A program made the position numbers and the translations under genes. A stretch of DNA of 64,000 nucleotides, from contig NC_135259.1 of NCBI RefSeq assembly GCF_964204865.1, forward strand, positions 7,750,001 to 7,814,000. Reading direction: 5' to 3'. Positions 1-11,678 of the stretch are shown here, piece by piece. Below the pieces are notes generated by a model, which ran no database searches, was not told the origin of the DNA, and saw only the letters and a list, made by a program, of their open reading frames with translations. The stretch's first letter is position 1. Each line of letters starts with the position of its first letter. The DNA is from Styela clava (taxonomy: Eukaryota).

Positions 1-873
1 TTCGACAATGTATTGATCAATATCATTCAATCTCATGCCAGTTTCTATCACACCATATTCAGAGCAACACAACTTTGAACTAGATATGAATGTAATCAAT
101 CTGTTGTTTCATAGCTGACTCATATTTTAGTATTCACATATAATCAAGTGTTAAGGTATTACGTAACTTAGTTTTGTTTAATTCCTAAATGCCAAATAAA
201 TAGTTTATTTTGAAAACTCCACAATAGACACTGATTAAAAAAGAAGAATTTTGGAAAGCAAGCAAAACCTTTAAAAAAGTTTGAAACACAAGAAATATCA
301 TGTGCCTGCTCACCAGCACAAACAAAAAAAAGAAAAAAACTTGGCCAGGGCCAGAATGTATTGAACGTTTGGCTGTTTACTTTTTAATATTAGTCAGTAC
401 TGACCAATTCAAACTGATACAAGATGAGGTGTGAAATACAATTCAATAAAGTGATGAGAATAATCCTGTAATCAAAAGCCATGAAAAACTAAACCGATTG
501 CGCACTGCTGAAAAGGTGATAAAGTGGTTCGAAGTGAGCATTGGAAACACTGATTTATTGAACAAATTAAACTTTCGGCTGTTCAATCAAAGTTTTACTA
601 ATAGATTAGTAGTTTTGAAAATATTTTATTAATTCCGTTCAGTTTTTAATTTGCAATTTGAGAACATGCAAACAATTCATTTTGAAACTTATGACACAAG
701 ATTTATAAAATATATGAATGTGCGCAACAATGAAAAAATCATAGCAGATGAACCACAAACATACGGTACTAGCCTAGTATGCATACAAATCGACGATACT
801 GAACGAACGAAACTGTTTTTAGATTCTGGTATTGATGTAGGTTATAACGAATTCAGGGATTATGAAAACTGAC

Positions 874-978
874 CTTAAATTTAGTATTCTCCTTGTTCTT
901 TTTTATTTTTACAGATTTTGCATCTTTACGCCTTGCTGTAAGAAGGAAGTCTTTTATTTCTTTGATCTCTTTAGGCAT
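874..978 (-). CDS. RPL38: 60S ribosomal protein L38, first coding exon (remaining exons not found in window, presumably to the left)
   Basis: Minus strand 978->874 translates to [35 protein letters not shown], matching the eL38 N-terminus. GTCAGT donor follows; an acceptor AG lies at 990-989, 10 nt before the ATG. Too short for the ORF track. Confidence 0.95.
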
Positions 979-1174
979 CTTGATGATTCTAAACAAAGAG
1001 CAATAGACTGATAAAGCAGTTGAATAAACTGATGGAAGGCACCAGGGTAATAAGGCCTGGTTTCAGGCTCATGTTTGGAAATTTTAAAACTAACTTCTTT
1101 TTATCAAAAACTAACAAAAAAAAACGAGAAAACAAACTTTAACTGATATGAAAAAATGATACTAAAATCCATAC

Positions 1175-1216
1175 CGAATGACAAACAGCCAGCGAGATCG
1201 ATCCACGAGAAAGGAC
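1175..1216 (-). promoter_or_regulatory. RPL38: RPL38 non-coding first exon with polypyrimidine TCT/5'TOP initiator
   Basis: Minus strand reads gtCCTTTCTCgtgg... at ~1214, ending in a GTATGG donor at 1174-1169. This is the typical start of a ribosomal protein gene. Confidence 0.7.
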
Positions 1217-1860
1217 CGATCATGAGGTGAAAGTTCAAAAGGCAGAAAATATGTTACAGTTGAACGGAGTTCCTATTCTTCGTACCGGTATGTTTTTTAG
1301 TTCAAATTTTTCATTTTTGTTCAAACAAATATTAATTCAAAAATATTTCAGTTCACACTGATTATAAATACGCCTTCCGGTGCTTTTAATTTATATCCCA
1401 AACTTATTTGGACTTCGGTGTACCGGATACATGTAAAATCACAATGACCTTATTCATAACTTAGAATTTTATCAATATCTGTTCATTATTGTTTATTACT
1501 ATTTTGCGCTAATTGTATAGAATATTTCATTTATATTATTGTTATCGCTGCATTTGTAGGTATTGCCTTCAAATACGCGAAAATAGGCTATATAACGATA
1601 TGCGTTGAGGTCTGAGTCTTCCGGATTTGCGTGTGATCGATTATCCCTATTCTCATAAGCTCAGTCACGGGATTTGACTTGCCAGAGTTTCAACAATATT
1701 TAGAATACTAAAGTTTTGTCAGACGGAGTTCCAATTTGTTATAATAAGATATTTGCATCGTTTAGTAAATACGGTATTATTTACATTTTGCTGGTTGAAT
1801 ATCAGTTTTTATGGATGTCAAAGTTTTCTGGAAATGAAGAGGACTGTAAATTTGCGTGAT

Positions 1861-2172
1861 ATGTCAGCAGCAAATAACGGACAGATGCCAATCGGCGGTC
1901 AAGATCAAACAAGAAAAATATTGTCAGACTTGCAGAAGGAAAAAGCTAGACTTCGAATGTTACAACAAGGGGGTGGTGCTGTTGCACCCGGATCGTCAAG
2001 GATTCCTATTAATCCATCTCTTGCCTCAGCTGAAAATTCCCAGCATATTGGAGCGAACCAAAGAAATGCCATGCAAGTTGCTCAGAATTCATCATTTGGA
2101 TATTTTATTCCACAAGACTCTGCATTTGGAAATGTAATTTTGCCAGTTGTGCCTCGTATAGGCCCTAATTAA
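1861..2172 (+). CDS. INIP: SOSS complex subunit C (INTS3- and NABP-interacting protein), intronless CDS, 103 aa
   Basis: Contains IL.DLQKEK..L near the N-terminus and the C-terminal signature SSFGYFIPQDSAFGNVILPVVPR. The ATG at 1861 gives a family-typical length; the ORF-track start at 1753 is a TTG extension. Confidence 0.9.
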   Translation: MSAANNGQMPIGGQDQTRKILSDLQKEKARLRMLQQGGGAVAPGSSRIPINPSLASAENSQHIGANQRNAMQVAQNSSFGYFIPQDSAFGNVILPVVPRIGPN

Positions 2173-2692
2173 TTTTGAAAAAATGGCAGTGCCACATGAT
2201 AATTTGGTAGACTTACTGCCTGACTGCTGTACTCTATTCTTATTTAACAGAGTACAGGAGTATCGTAGGCTGACAGGCCTAACGCATCAGGTGTTTTTCT
2301 TTGCTAGTTCGCAAGAAAAAACTGACCAATATCTGAATATGCAGATATGTAAAAGCTGCCATAATAGGCCTTTGTTGTCAGTTACAGGGTTATAACTTAT
2401 ACAGTTGTAGACTAGTTAAGCTAAATATCGCTATAGTCTTCAGAGCTTCAAACTAAATTCTAAAATTGGATTCCACAATCTAATTTAGCCCTTTTTTCAT
2501 CAATATTGTACTATGTTAAACATAACTTGAAATTAAACTTTTCCTAGTTGTAGTTTTGTCTCTATTACCATACTGTTCTAACACTCCAGCGATATTGATA
2601 ATCTGTTCCAGCGAGTTCGAAAAAGTCATGTAAGCATGAAAAGCACGAAGGGAAATTAAGAAGAAAGCAAGCCAAGCTACCAAACTTCCAAA

Positions 2693-3205
2693 ATGCTTCG
2701 CAACTTCAGCTCATACTTTGTCAACAAATTTCAGCCAGCTACAATCTTGTACAAGCAACAATTAAAAAAAGTGTCATCATCCTCTTCGCCTGTACTGAAA
2801 CCGGTTCTTGGTGAACGAGCTTCCACAATTAAAACATTCAGCAATCAAGATGTTCAAACTTTTGCCGAATTGACAGGAGATGATAATCCGCTTCATTTTG
2901 ATCACAAGTTTGTTAACCAATCAGGGGTATTTCAAAAACCCATTGTTCATGGTGCATTAGTTAACGGCCTTGTTTCAGGCGTAATTGGTACGCAGTTACC
3001 TGGTCCAGGAAGTGTTGTAGTTGAACAATCGTCACGATTTTTGGCGCCTTTATATGTTGGAGACACTGTCAGAGTAGAAGTTATCATAACTTCTATCAAA
3101 AAACGATTTCTGGATTTGGCAATTGAATGTATCAATATGGATGCTGAAGAAGAGAAAAAGGTTATGCTTGGGAAAGTGACTGTTATGATGACAAAAAAGA
3201 ATTGA
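2693..3205 (+). CDS. HTD2: Mitochondrial 3-hydroxyacyl-thioester dehydratase type 2 (MaoC/hot-dog fold), intronless
   Basis: Hydratase-2 motif FAELTGDDNPLHFD, plus IVHGALVNGLVSGVIGTQLPGPG. The N-terminus is basic, Ser-rich and acid-free, like a mitochondrial presequence. Confidence 0.88.
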   Translation: MLRNFSSYFVNKFQPATILYKQQLKKVSSSSSPVLKPVLGERASTIKTFSNQDVQTFAELTGDDNPLHFDHKFVNQSGVFQKPIVHGALVNGLVSGVIGTQLPGPGSVVVEQSSRFLAPLYVGDTVRVEVIITSIKKRFLDLAIECINMDAEEEKKVMLGKVTVMMTKKN

Positions 3206-3895
3206 CTTGTTTTTTTCTCTTTATTGATAAAAATTCTGCCACAAAGTGACTTTTTTTCACTATTAAGTCAAATATATATGTTGTGATGCATACACTGTTC
3301 ATTGATTGTTTTGTAAAAATTTGTTCAGTGTGTTTGTTAATAGACATATATTTAGTGCTGCTGTATTATGCTGAGATATTTCGTGTTATCAAAGATTTTC
3401 AAATTTGTTGAGTCAGTTTTGAATTGATTGAATATTTAACTTTATTGTAGTAACAAACTCATTCATTTTGCTGCAATTTAGGGTAATTTGACAAAAAGTA
3501 CCTTCTTTTCACTTAGATTTTTGTAATTGTTAATAAATTTCCTTCTCATTCATTTCACATTACAAGCATTCAAAATTGTTATACCACGATTTGAATTTTA
3601 CTTGAACGCATTTGTTCATGTACTGTTGCAGTATGTCATGGATATAAACTAGAAATAAATTGTTGTTCATGTCTTTCATGGAACAAGTTTTTCGTTGAAT
3701 ATACTCAATGCCTTTGAAGTAATTTTTTGGAGCGTTTTTTGATGTTGTAAGCAAAGCTTAAAAAACTAATTTTATTTTTGCTAGGAAGCAGTGCATTATT
3801 ATCAACATATTTTTCATAGTGTTGCTAATAACATGAAATCTTTTTAGACGTTGCAGATTTTGGGTGCTCATTAAATATATATATTAGGATTGAAT

Positions 3896-6824
3896 ATGTC
3901 TAAAGTTGCGATTTACTCATTCATTTCTGGATCAGCTCTTCTTGCTATCACATCTTTCGGTAATTATTTTTTTTATACGTTGTACATTGATGTCTATATC
4001 ATTGCTGGTAGAAATTTAAAAATAGAATTGTATTTTTTAATGAATCCATTGTAGCTGCTAAAGAAATATCAAAATTGAGAGTTTCAAAATGATCTGCTAT
4101 GTACCGAAATTGCAGAGATGACTGCTAGAAGTGACTGCAATGACAGTCAGACAATACTATTAAATCTCACTGGTTGAATTAGATTAGATAAACCCAACAG
4201 AACCTGATCTCTTTAATGATTTTGAAATATTCATTTCGCCAACTTTCTTTTCAGTTTTATATTTCCTATTCACGGAGCAGCAGTTTCGGATTGACATAGG
4301 ATGGTTAATTTCATCAATTACACCTCATGCATATGCTTCCGTCGGTGTCGGTTTGGCGGTGTCTCTCTCAGTTGTTGGGGCAGCTTGGTAAGTTCATTCA
4401 GCATAACCATGTCCATAACAACATGAGATATATATGAATATGTTTGAAATATTTTTTACATGTTTAGTTATATGTTGGTTGGACTGATTATATGTACTTC
4501 GTTCAATCTTTCCATCACGAATGATTGATTAGGTTGGCCTACTAGTTTTTTATTGCTACTTGTATGATATGGAACACTTCTTATTATTTCTTTCAATTCT
4601 TGTTACAGGGGAATATTCACAACAGGATCCACAATTATGGGAGCAGGAATAGTGACTCCAAGAATATATTCTAAAAATTTGGTACTGACATATTTGTTTC
4701 AGAATTATATTAGAATGTTGGTATTTACTATTTACGGGGCTAGACAACATATTAATAAGAAATGGAAAAACAATGAAATCATTGTTTATCTCAACTTTAC
4801 TGTGTTTTAAAATCCGTGGGATATACATCGAGTTCTACATGTTCTCTTTTGAGCATGATGTTGTTTAGAACAGTGGTTCATAACCTTTTTTAGTTTGCGG
4901 ACCGGTAAAATTTAAAAATTATTTTGCGGACCAGTGAATGTTCAAAATCAACTAAAGATGGCAAAAACACAAAACATGATTATTAAACGAATGTAATTAC
5001 GACAAAAATATGCAATTACGAAGCAGAAAATTCAATTTAATGAGAAATTTGCTGCTGTGTTTTCGAAATCATATGTGTTAAATGCAGTTTTAATACAATT
5101 TCTGCAAGGTGAAATAGAGCAGAGAGTTGACCTCTCCGTTTGTTCATGATGGGAGATTTTGCAATTGAGATAAAATATTGGAATATATTTGGCAGACCGG
5201 CAGAAAGGTTGCCACGGACCGGCGGTTGGGAACCACTGGTTTAGAATATATTCCGTATTCGAAAATATTAATTATACTTTAGAATGTATTCGAAATAATA
5301 AAATTTTCGGTATTATCCACTCGTGTTATTCAACTACATAAATGGGAAATAGTTCAACGCTTTTTATATCTTTGTGTTATATTATTTGAAATCTTTAGGT
5401 GAGCATCATATTTTGTGAGGCTGTTGCAATCTATGGAATTATTGTTGCTATTGTTATGTCAAACTTACTGGAGAATTATGACTGGGAAAATCTCAATGAA
5501 AATCAAAGGGCTATGAATTACTATGCTGGTATGTATCGACCATAATCATAAAACATACTTACGGTTTATGCCTAGAAATCAATATGTTATAAACCAGTCA
5601 AAGTGCAAACTATTGATTGTTATTAAATTGAATGGGTTGTGGAGTATTTCAGACCATTCACAGCAATTCTACTTCCACGATAGTAGGTCCTAAAATTCCA
5701 AATGAAGTACTGTGAATAGAAATGACTAGATTTTGCACAATTTACCTATTGTATGCAGTTCAAATAGCAATAATATTAAATTGATTTTTTAGTACTCCCG
5801 TAGTGTGTGTACCAGGTTAGTGTTGGGCCATGATTTTATTCCGATTTTCCCTATTTTAGTTATATTACGAGTTCATGGACTGTCTGTGTTAGCCAAGTGA
5901 ATATCCCCCTGCCCATAGGTTTCAGCCTCTTTACACAACTTGATGTAAAGCAGACGAACAAAATTAGTTCCCTCCATATTGGTACACACAATTCTGGAGC
6001 GCCGATTTTTCATAGCAGGGTCTGTTAATTGTTTGCCTTATTGCTCATTTTCATGTTTTTATCTTTAACTAAATGTAAGTTCAGTTCATGTTTTATATTG
6101 ATACTTGGTGATTGAATTTGATAGCACATGATAACTAAATAGCTCGCCTGTATTGCATTGATATGCTGACAATTATTTGTTATTTTGACTTTTTTTGTTA
6201 CAAATAGGTTTCTCAATATTTGCTGCTGGCATCATCACTGGACTTTCAAATTTAGCTTGTGGTATTTGTGTTGGAATTGTTGGAAGCGGAGCAGCTCTAG
6301 CAGATGCTGCCAATGAATCTTTGTTCGTGAAAGTAAGATACTGTTATCTTCATTTAAAAGTCTATTCTTTGTATTGTCAGGATATCAGTTTTTCTACAAG
6401 AAAATGTTGTGCTGAAACTGATATCTACAGGAATACAGCATACATCCGAGTGAGCACTCACTACTACTTTTGGTATTGCCTTTTCATTTAAATTTTATGC
6501 ATTTAAGATCTTATCGATGTTGTTTCTATCCTGATTCTGTTGTATTCAGTAATCATTTTATCACCTCCTCTTCTGAATGAGGTTGAATAAACTAAAATTC
6601 TTCATTGTTGCATACCACTATGCCTAATTAGGTCTTCAATTTCTATTGCCCTATGGGGATGAAGATTGTACATCTACATTTGTATCATAAATTAAAAACT
6701 AAAATATTTTTTCCAGGTACTCATTGTTGAAATCTTTGGAAGTGCGATTGGACTTTTTGGAGTTATTATTGGTGTAATAGCAAGTTCGAAAGCAAAAATG
6801 GGAAACTTTGAGAACATGGCATAA
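3896..6824 (+). CDS. ATP6V0B: V-type proton ATPase 21 kDa proteolipid subunit c''
   Basis: Six phase-compatible exons: 3896-3959, 4255-4387, 4609-4681, 5399-5528, 6208-6332, 6717-6824. Translation includes [45 protein letters not shown] and [32 protein letters not shown]. Confidence 0.95.
4871..5238. mobile_element. hAT-type MITE in ATP6V0B intron 3
   Basis: TIRs CAGTGGTTCATAACC / GGTTGGGAACCACTG; perfect 8-bp TSD GTTTAGAA at 4863-4870 and 5239-5246. Confidence 0.85.
5791..6003. mobile_element. Non-autonomous element of the GGTACTCCC...GGAGCGCC family (8-bp TSD, Mutator-like MITE)
   Basis: Homologous to 26439-26636; flanked by GATTTTTT / GATTTTTC (7/8 TSD match). Confidence 0.7.
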
Positions 6825-7694
6825 TAAGTCTATCTTGATAGTTGAACTTGTTTATAGATTCAGTTCCGTCCTTCAATGTTTGTAAACAATAAGATTTTTC
6901 TTGGTCAAAAATTGTACTCTGGCACTATCAAGCAAGAATGAAACCATTGATGGGCTACGTCTCGAGGCATATTTCATTGAGATTTAGGATGTTTTCTGTA
7001 TCGTTGTGTGAGTGTATTATTTATATCCAGGGTCGTTCACATCATTTACCCTGGTCCAATGATGTTTCAAATTAAGTTTATTCTTTTAAATGTGATACAG
7101 AATAATAAAAGAGTTTTATTATATGATAAAACAATCGTTTTCGAAAAATGTTGAATGTAGATAGAGACGAATTATAGAAGTAATATAGCTTATAAATTCC
7201 TAATTTTGAAATAATGGAGTAGGGATATGCCATGATTTTTTAATTGAGTATACACTGCAATTTTAAACAGTGTACCAGTGATATGATACAAAAATTGTGT
7301 TATTCGGGTATTCAAATAATGTTTATGCTCTATCCATTCAGGTAGCATATGAATTTTGGCCTCGACTGTATTCAGATATGATGCCATTTAGCTTTGTTAC
7401 ATGAAGAAACACAACTTTTTTCATATGTGTAACTTGAGATCGTTATGACACTCAATTTCATGAATTATATATCATGGAATTCCTTAATTATAGTTGGTTG
7501 TCGATCATGTAATTTACACCTGATACAGAATTTTTTTTGTGCAATGTTAATGTCTGTTTTGTTGGTATGTTGAAAATATATTTATGACTAATAAATAAAT
7601 AAGCGTTACGATGGTAGAGGAGTTATCATCACTGCTTTGGCTTTTTCAGCAGTCTTTATTGATTTCCAACAGGTGGGTAATTTCCTACTAATGA

Positions 7695-7800
7695 GGTTTA
7701 CATGTTTTTCTCTGGGTGAAGAGTGCCGATAAGAGGGTTTAATCATATGGCGAACCACGGCCTCTCAATTCTGTAACCGACCAGCGGCTAGCGTGAATCG
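7695..7800 (-). mobile_element. SINE fragment (3' part)
   Basis: Reverse complement contains GAGGCCGTGGTTCGCCATATG and CGCTGGTCGGTTAC, shared with the full-length copy at 23609-23939. Confidence 0.7.
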
Positions 7801-8227
7801 CCTAGAATCTACCTAGTGGGGAATTTGATGGCAATTAATTCTCAAATTTCGCGTGACATCATAACCACGTGACAAAGTCGCTCGACAAAAACTGCGGGTA
7901 TATCTCGCTGTCGTCTGCCAAGTGCAGTTTTAAGTATTCTGTGGCGTCTACAGCTGCCGCAAAACCATGGCGGTATTTCCATACCATGGCCGCTACGACC
8001 AAACCTATGGCGACTGACTTTTTGGCTGCCACAAACCAATGACGAGCTGCCGTTACCGCGGCAGCAAATTGAAAACCAATGGCAGGTAAAATTTTGCTGC
8101 CGTAACCACGGCAGGTGGGCCGTAAAGACAGGGCTGTCCATTATGGTGACAAATATTGGGTAAGTTGGAACGTTTTTCTTATGGATACAGTTTTGATGGA
8201 TATGGGGTTAGGGCAAGAGCTGCCGCG

Positions 8228-8313
8228 GTTCGCTCGTGGCAGGAGCTGCCATGAAGTGATTAGAACTGCGCCGTTCGTGGCAGGAGCTGCCATGAAGTGA
8301 TAAGAACTGCGCC
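8228..8313. repeat. Short direct tandem duplication (~42 bp, 2 copies) next to a GC-rich repeat-like segment (7880-8140)
   Basis: CGTGGCAGGAGCTGCCATGAAGTGAT(T/A)AGAACTGCGCC occurs twice. Confidence 0.7.
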
Positions 8314-8549
8314 TCTCGTCTGCATCTCGTCTCTTTTGTTTGTTCCTGCAGCTTAATAGTGCAAGGCTTTATGATAATATGTTACGACGAGACAGGGTGT
8401 TAGCACTGCATTATTTTCGGTTTGCCTGGATCTGTAACAGTTTTTGTCTGTCATTTCCAGATTTTTAACAGCATACTGTACATACTGTAGATAACGCGTA
8501 TGTAGACTATAAATAATCTCCTTTTTATTGTTGTGCAATAATCCATACA

Positions 8550-9500
8550 ATGGCGTCGTCAGCTTCTGTATATAGCATTCACCGCCCGGATTTCAATACA
8601 ATAAAACGCTAGCCTACTTTTAAAAACTTAAGATGGGTCACAACAGGATGCATGGGTGGATGAAACATCTCTAGTACTGTAGTATGGCCAGAGGTTGATA
8701 CCCTGACGTATATGAATATCTTATCAATACACCTGGAATATACACAGAGGAGGCCATGAAAAACAGGAAGAGTTTGGAAGCATACAAAATTGAACCGTTC
8801 CAGCCTTCGGTGTACAAGCTATTAAAAATTTGACGGTGGAATGTTTTTTGTAATTAGAGTATACTTGGGCTCGGACAAGTAATCGTTTCGGTCTATTGAT
8901 AAATATTTCTACAGCAGCCTATGATGCCAATCTTGGGAAGTATTGTCGAAAAAGTGGTGGTAGTGTTTTACTACTCGCTTCACAGTCCAACAAATCAGAA
9001 ACGACATTTTGTTTTCGATTGAATCAATCCAGCGCCAGAATACGTTGTCGAGATTGGATTTAGATAAATCAAATATGTCTGCTAACGTATCAAAATGTTC
9101 GTTTAGGCGTAGTTTCATGAGGGTCATGAGCATTTGATCCACATATTTCATTTTATAATGGCACGGATCTGGCAAACAGGGGCAGAAGAAATTGGACATA
9201 ACATCAAATGTTTCTAATGGTAAATCAGTATAGTAAATTAATTTCTTTGGCTTTTTGCTCAAGTTCTTGTAACTAAAAATGTAAAAATTTTCTAGTTTTT
9301 TCACTGCCTCACTTCTCTCTATTCTATGCTGTAAAAGTTTCGCCTTAAAGTTTTCTAAATTAGCTAAAAAGCTTCATCTTTCTCTTTTCTGATTTGTAAA
9401 TTTTTCTCCTCGAGTAACTCTAATTGATTTTCTTTGGCGGTTGCGTTGACTCACTATGAGATGAAGCTGCAGTATCGACTGGTTCCGGATTTTTATAAAG
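8550..9500. pseudogene. Decayed ISL2EU (PIF/Harbinger-related) transposon: transposase fragment on - and partner-gene fragment on +
   Basis: Minus ORF 8909-9304 has the HTH_Tnp_4-like pattern YYTDLP...DQMLMTLMKLRLN...LADIFDLSKS...VFWRWI. Plus strand ~8699-8788 reads [30 protein letters not shown], a motif I recognise from the SWIM/YqaJ partner gene of these elements. Both are truncated; boundaries approximate. Confidence 0.65.
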
Positions 9501-9689
9501 CTGACCGTAAACAAGGCTAGCAGTGAGAATAAAAATGACTGGAATCGGCGTGAATGTCACCTTCCTATGAAAAGATGTTGCGGCTTGTGGGATGAAGGTG
9601 TGCTCTGTGTTGCACAGCCATCACTTCCGGGTATTTCACGCCGCAGATCAGGAATCACTCTGGCATCTTCGTAAACTGTTGCCGCTCTA

Positions 9690-9830
9690 GTAACATCTCT
9701 TCTAGAAAAATTGTGAAGGCAGCATGTTGCCTCTATGACAGAGTCAATATTGCTGAGCCTCAAAAGGTATCAGCCGATGATAAACTCTACTGATTGGATA
9801 ATATTCTAATGTGCTTTCCGCCGTTCTAGT
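9690..9830 (-). pseudogene. Harbinger-type (DDE_Tnp_4) transposase C-terminal remnant
   Basis: IDSVIEATCCLHNF resembles the conserved II.ACC.LHNF terminal motif; upstream sequence is degenerate. Confidence 0.5.
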
Positions 9831-10952
9831 CCAGATAGTGGCATATATACCATTGCATGGATTGGTTAGGATAGGGGTGTGCAACCTTTTTTGCAAGCGG
9901 GCCATATATCAATAACTGGGTTAAACCGCAGGCCGCACCTTTATTTAACATAGGCTTTCCATTAGTTGTTACTGATCTCATGCAGTCCTCATTAGGTGTC
10001 CTTGCAAAAATGATGAGTTAAAACGCATAAATTTCTCAAAACTGTAATCCAAATATATAGACGTCATAGCAAACAAAAACAAGTCTCACAGAGCTAACAG
10101 AAATATTTGAAATAAATAAAAGTAATAGCCTTCTGGAGAAAAATTTCATCTTTCACCAGTAGAAATTTCGAAGCAATCGGTCCAGTAATGAAAGAGAAAA
10201 GCGGATTTTTAGATTTTCCAATAGATGTCCAAAAAGCGTCAAAGACCAACATAATATTGAACGATCGTTATGTCCACTACGTGTCCAATAATAAGTTGAA
10301 CTCAACGACTAACATACCGTTGAACTCGATGACCGCGTGTATGGTCGTATCGCTCCCTCCTGTCCATACCAAAATAATTTTATGGTTGTTACTTTTTATT
10401 GTATTGTATTTTTGGTTGACAAAATAATAAATTTCTCTCTCTCTTGTAATTTAAATTACCTAATTTTATTTCATTGCATCCCCTCTTTTTTGTGAGAAGG
10501 CCGGTCGTAAGCTAACAAACAGACTCATTCATAATAAGTTATAAGTTTATTTCGACTCCATAATCAGCAATAGACGATAAAAAAATAGATAAAAGTAACT
10601 GATTATAGAATCGGGAAAGCGAACAAAACCTAGAGTAAGGTTTGAAACGTACAGATTTTAGATGGAAAAGTATTGATAAAAGAAGTAGTACGTGTTCGCT
10701 CACCCAAAAGTAAAAAAAAAAACTAATTAAGGCAAGCACGCACACACACACAATCATCGAGACATGATACTGGAAGCGAGACTTAAAAGTAAAAAGGTCG
10801 TCATCGCTTTAAATATAGTTCATGGCAACTTTCATCTGACGGAAATGGAAATTACTCGGAACCCAACTAGTATCTAGAAGCTATACAAATAATATATTAA
10901 CTGGTATATCGTACCGATATTATTAATCAGGGGAGAAATATCGGAACGATGC

Positions 10953-11000
10953 AGGCGCGGCGGTGTGGCTCTCTTTTTCTCCGGGATAAATATGTAGATC
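10953..11000 (+). mobile_element. Internally deleted SINE (head fused to tail)
   Basis: GGCGCGGCGGTGTGGCTC head joined directly to the CCGGGATAAATATGTAGATC tail of the SINE family. Confidence 0.6.
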
Positions 11001-11469
11001 TAGGCTTACCATACGTCCCGGTTTAGCCGGGACAGTCCCGGTTTTAGCATATTTTTCTGCCGTCCCGACAATAGACTTAAATGTCCCGATTTTGCAGCAT
11101 GACAGTCATAATAGTTTATCTATTCGATACTATTACAAAAACAAAATTTTTTAACGGAGACAGCCGATTTACCACTGATTTGCGTCTCACTTCATGACAT
11201 GAAGTATGAACCATGCGTTAATTTAACACCCAACTGTAATGTCGTTGAATCATCAAAATGCCGGAAACAAAGTGCAAGTTTTCTAATGAGTTCAAAAATG
11301 AGAACAATTCCCATTATTTGAAGTGAAGCCCAATAGAGTTTGATGACTGCAATCTACCCACAATGATAAGAAAACGTTTAAACTATTACTAACCCGCGGA
11401 ATCCAACCAAGTTTGACTTGTCCAATCCGCGCCGTCCCGGTTCTTTGCTTCAGAAATATGGTAAGCCTA
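11001..11469. mobile_element. hAT (Blackjack-like) non-autonomous element inserted in a SINE tail, 6-bp TSD
   Basis: Perfect 13-bp TIR TAGGCTTACCATA / TATGGTAAGCCTA; subterminal GTCCCG repeats; TAGATC duplicated at 10995-11000 and 11470-11475. Confidence 0.8.
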
Positions 11470-11512
11470 TAGATCCCATTTTTCATACCCTCGGTTTATG
11501 AGTGTACGTGCT

Positions 11513-11520
11513 TCACGTGA
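11513..11520. promoter_or_regulatory. Palindromic E-box TCACGTGA in the NFIL3 proximal upstream region
   Basis: Perfect 8-bp palindrome ~160 bp upstream of the predicted ATG (11679); function untested. Confidence 0.4.
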
Positions 11521-11678
11521 GGCGCTATTACACTGAGCCGGCCTTATTGTTTATGTTGACGATTTCCCTCTGACATAAGAACTGCATGCAATGCGACGCC
11601 GCTGGTTATTTTGCCGGCGAATTGGACGGTGAGCGCAGCAGGCGTGTGTGTAATCTTTCCAGTCTTTGTGCAATAGTT

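Noticed and set aside
451-511. Box C (GTGATGA) and box D (CTGA) pair suggesting a C/D snoRNA in the RPL38 intron
   Set aside because: It lies on the strand opposite the host transcript, has no terminal stem, and I could not recognise an rRNA guide.
651-872. 73-aa plus-strand ORF
   Set aside because: TTG start, antisense within the RPL38 intron, no recognisable motif.
2183-2395. 70-aa ORF starting 11 bp after the INIP stop (possible extra cistron such as RPP14)
   Set aside because: No recognisable similarity to RPP14 or any family I know; it could be an incidental ORF and cannot be supported from sequence alone.
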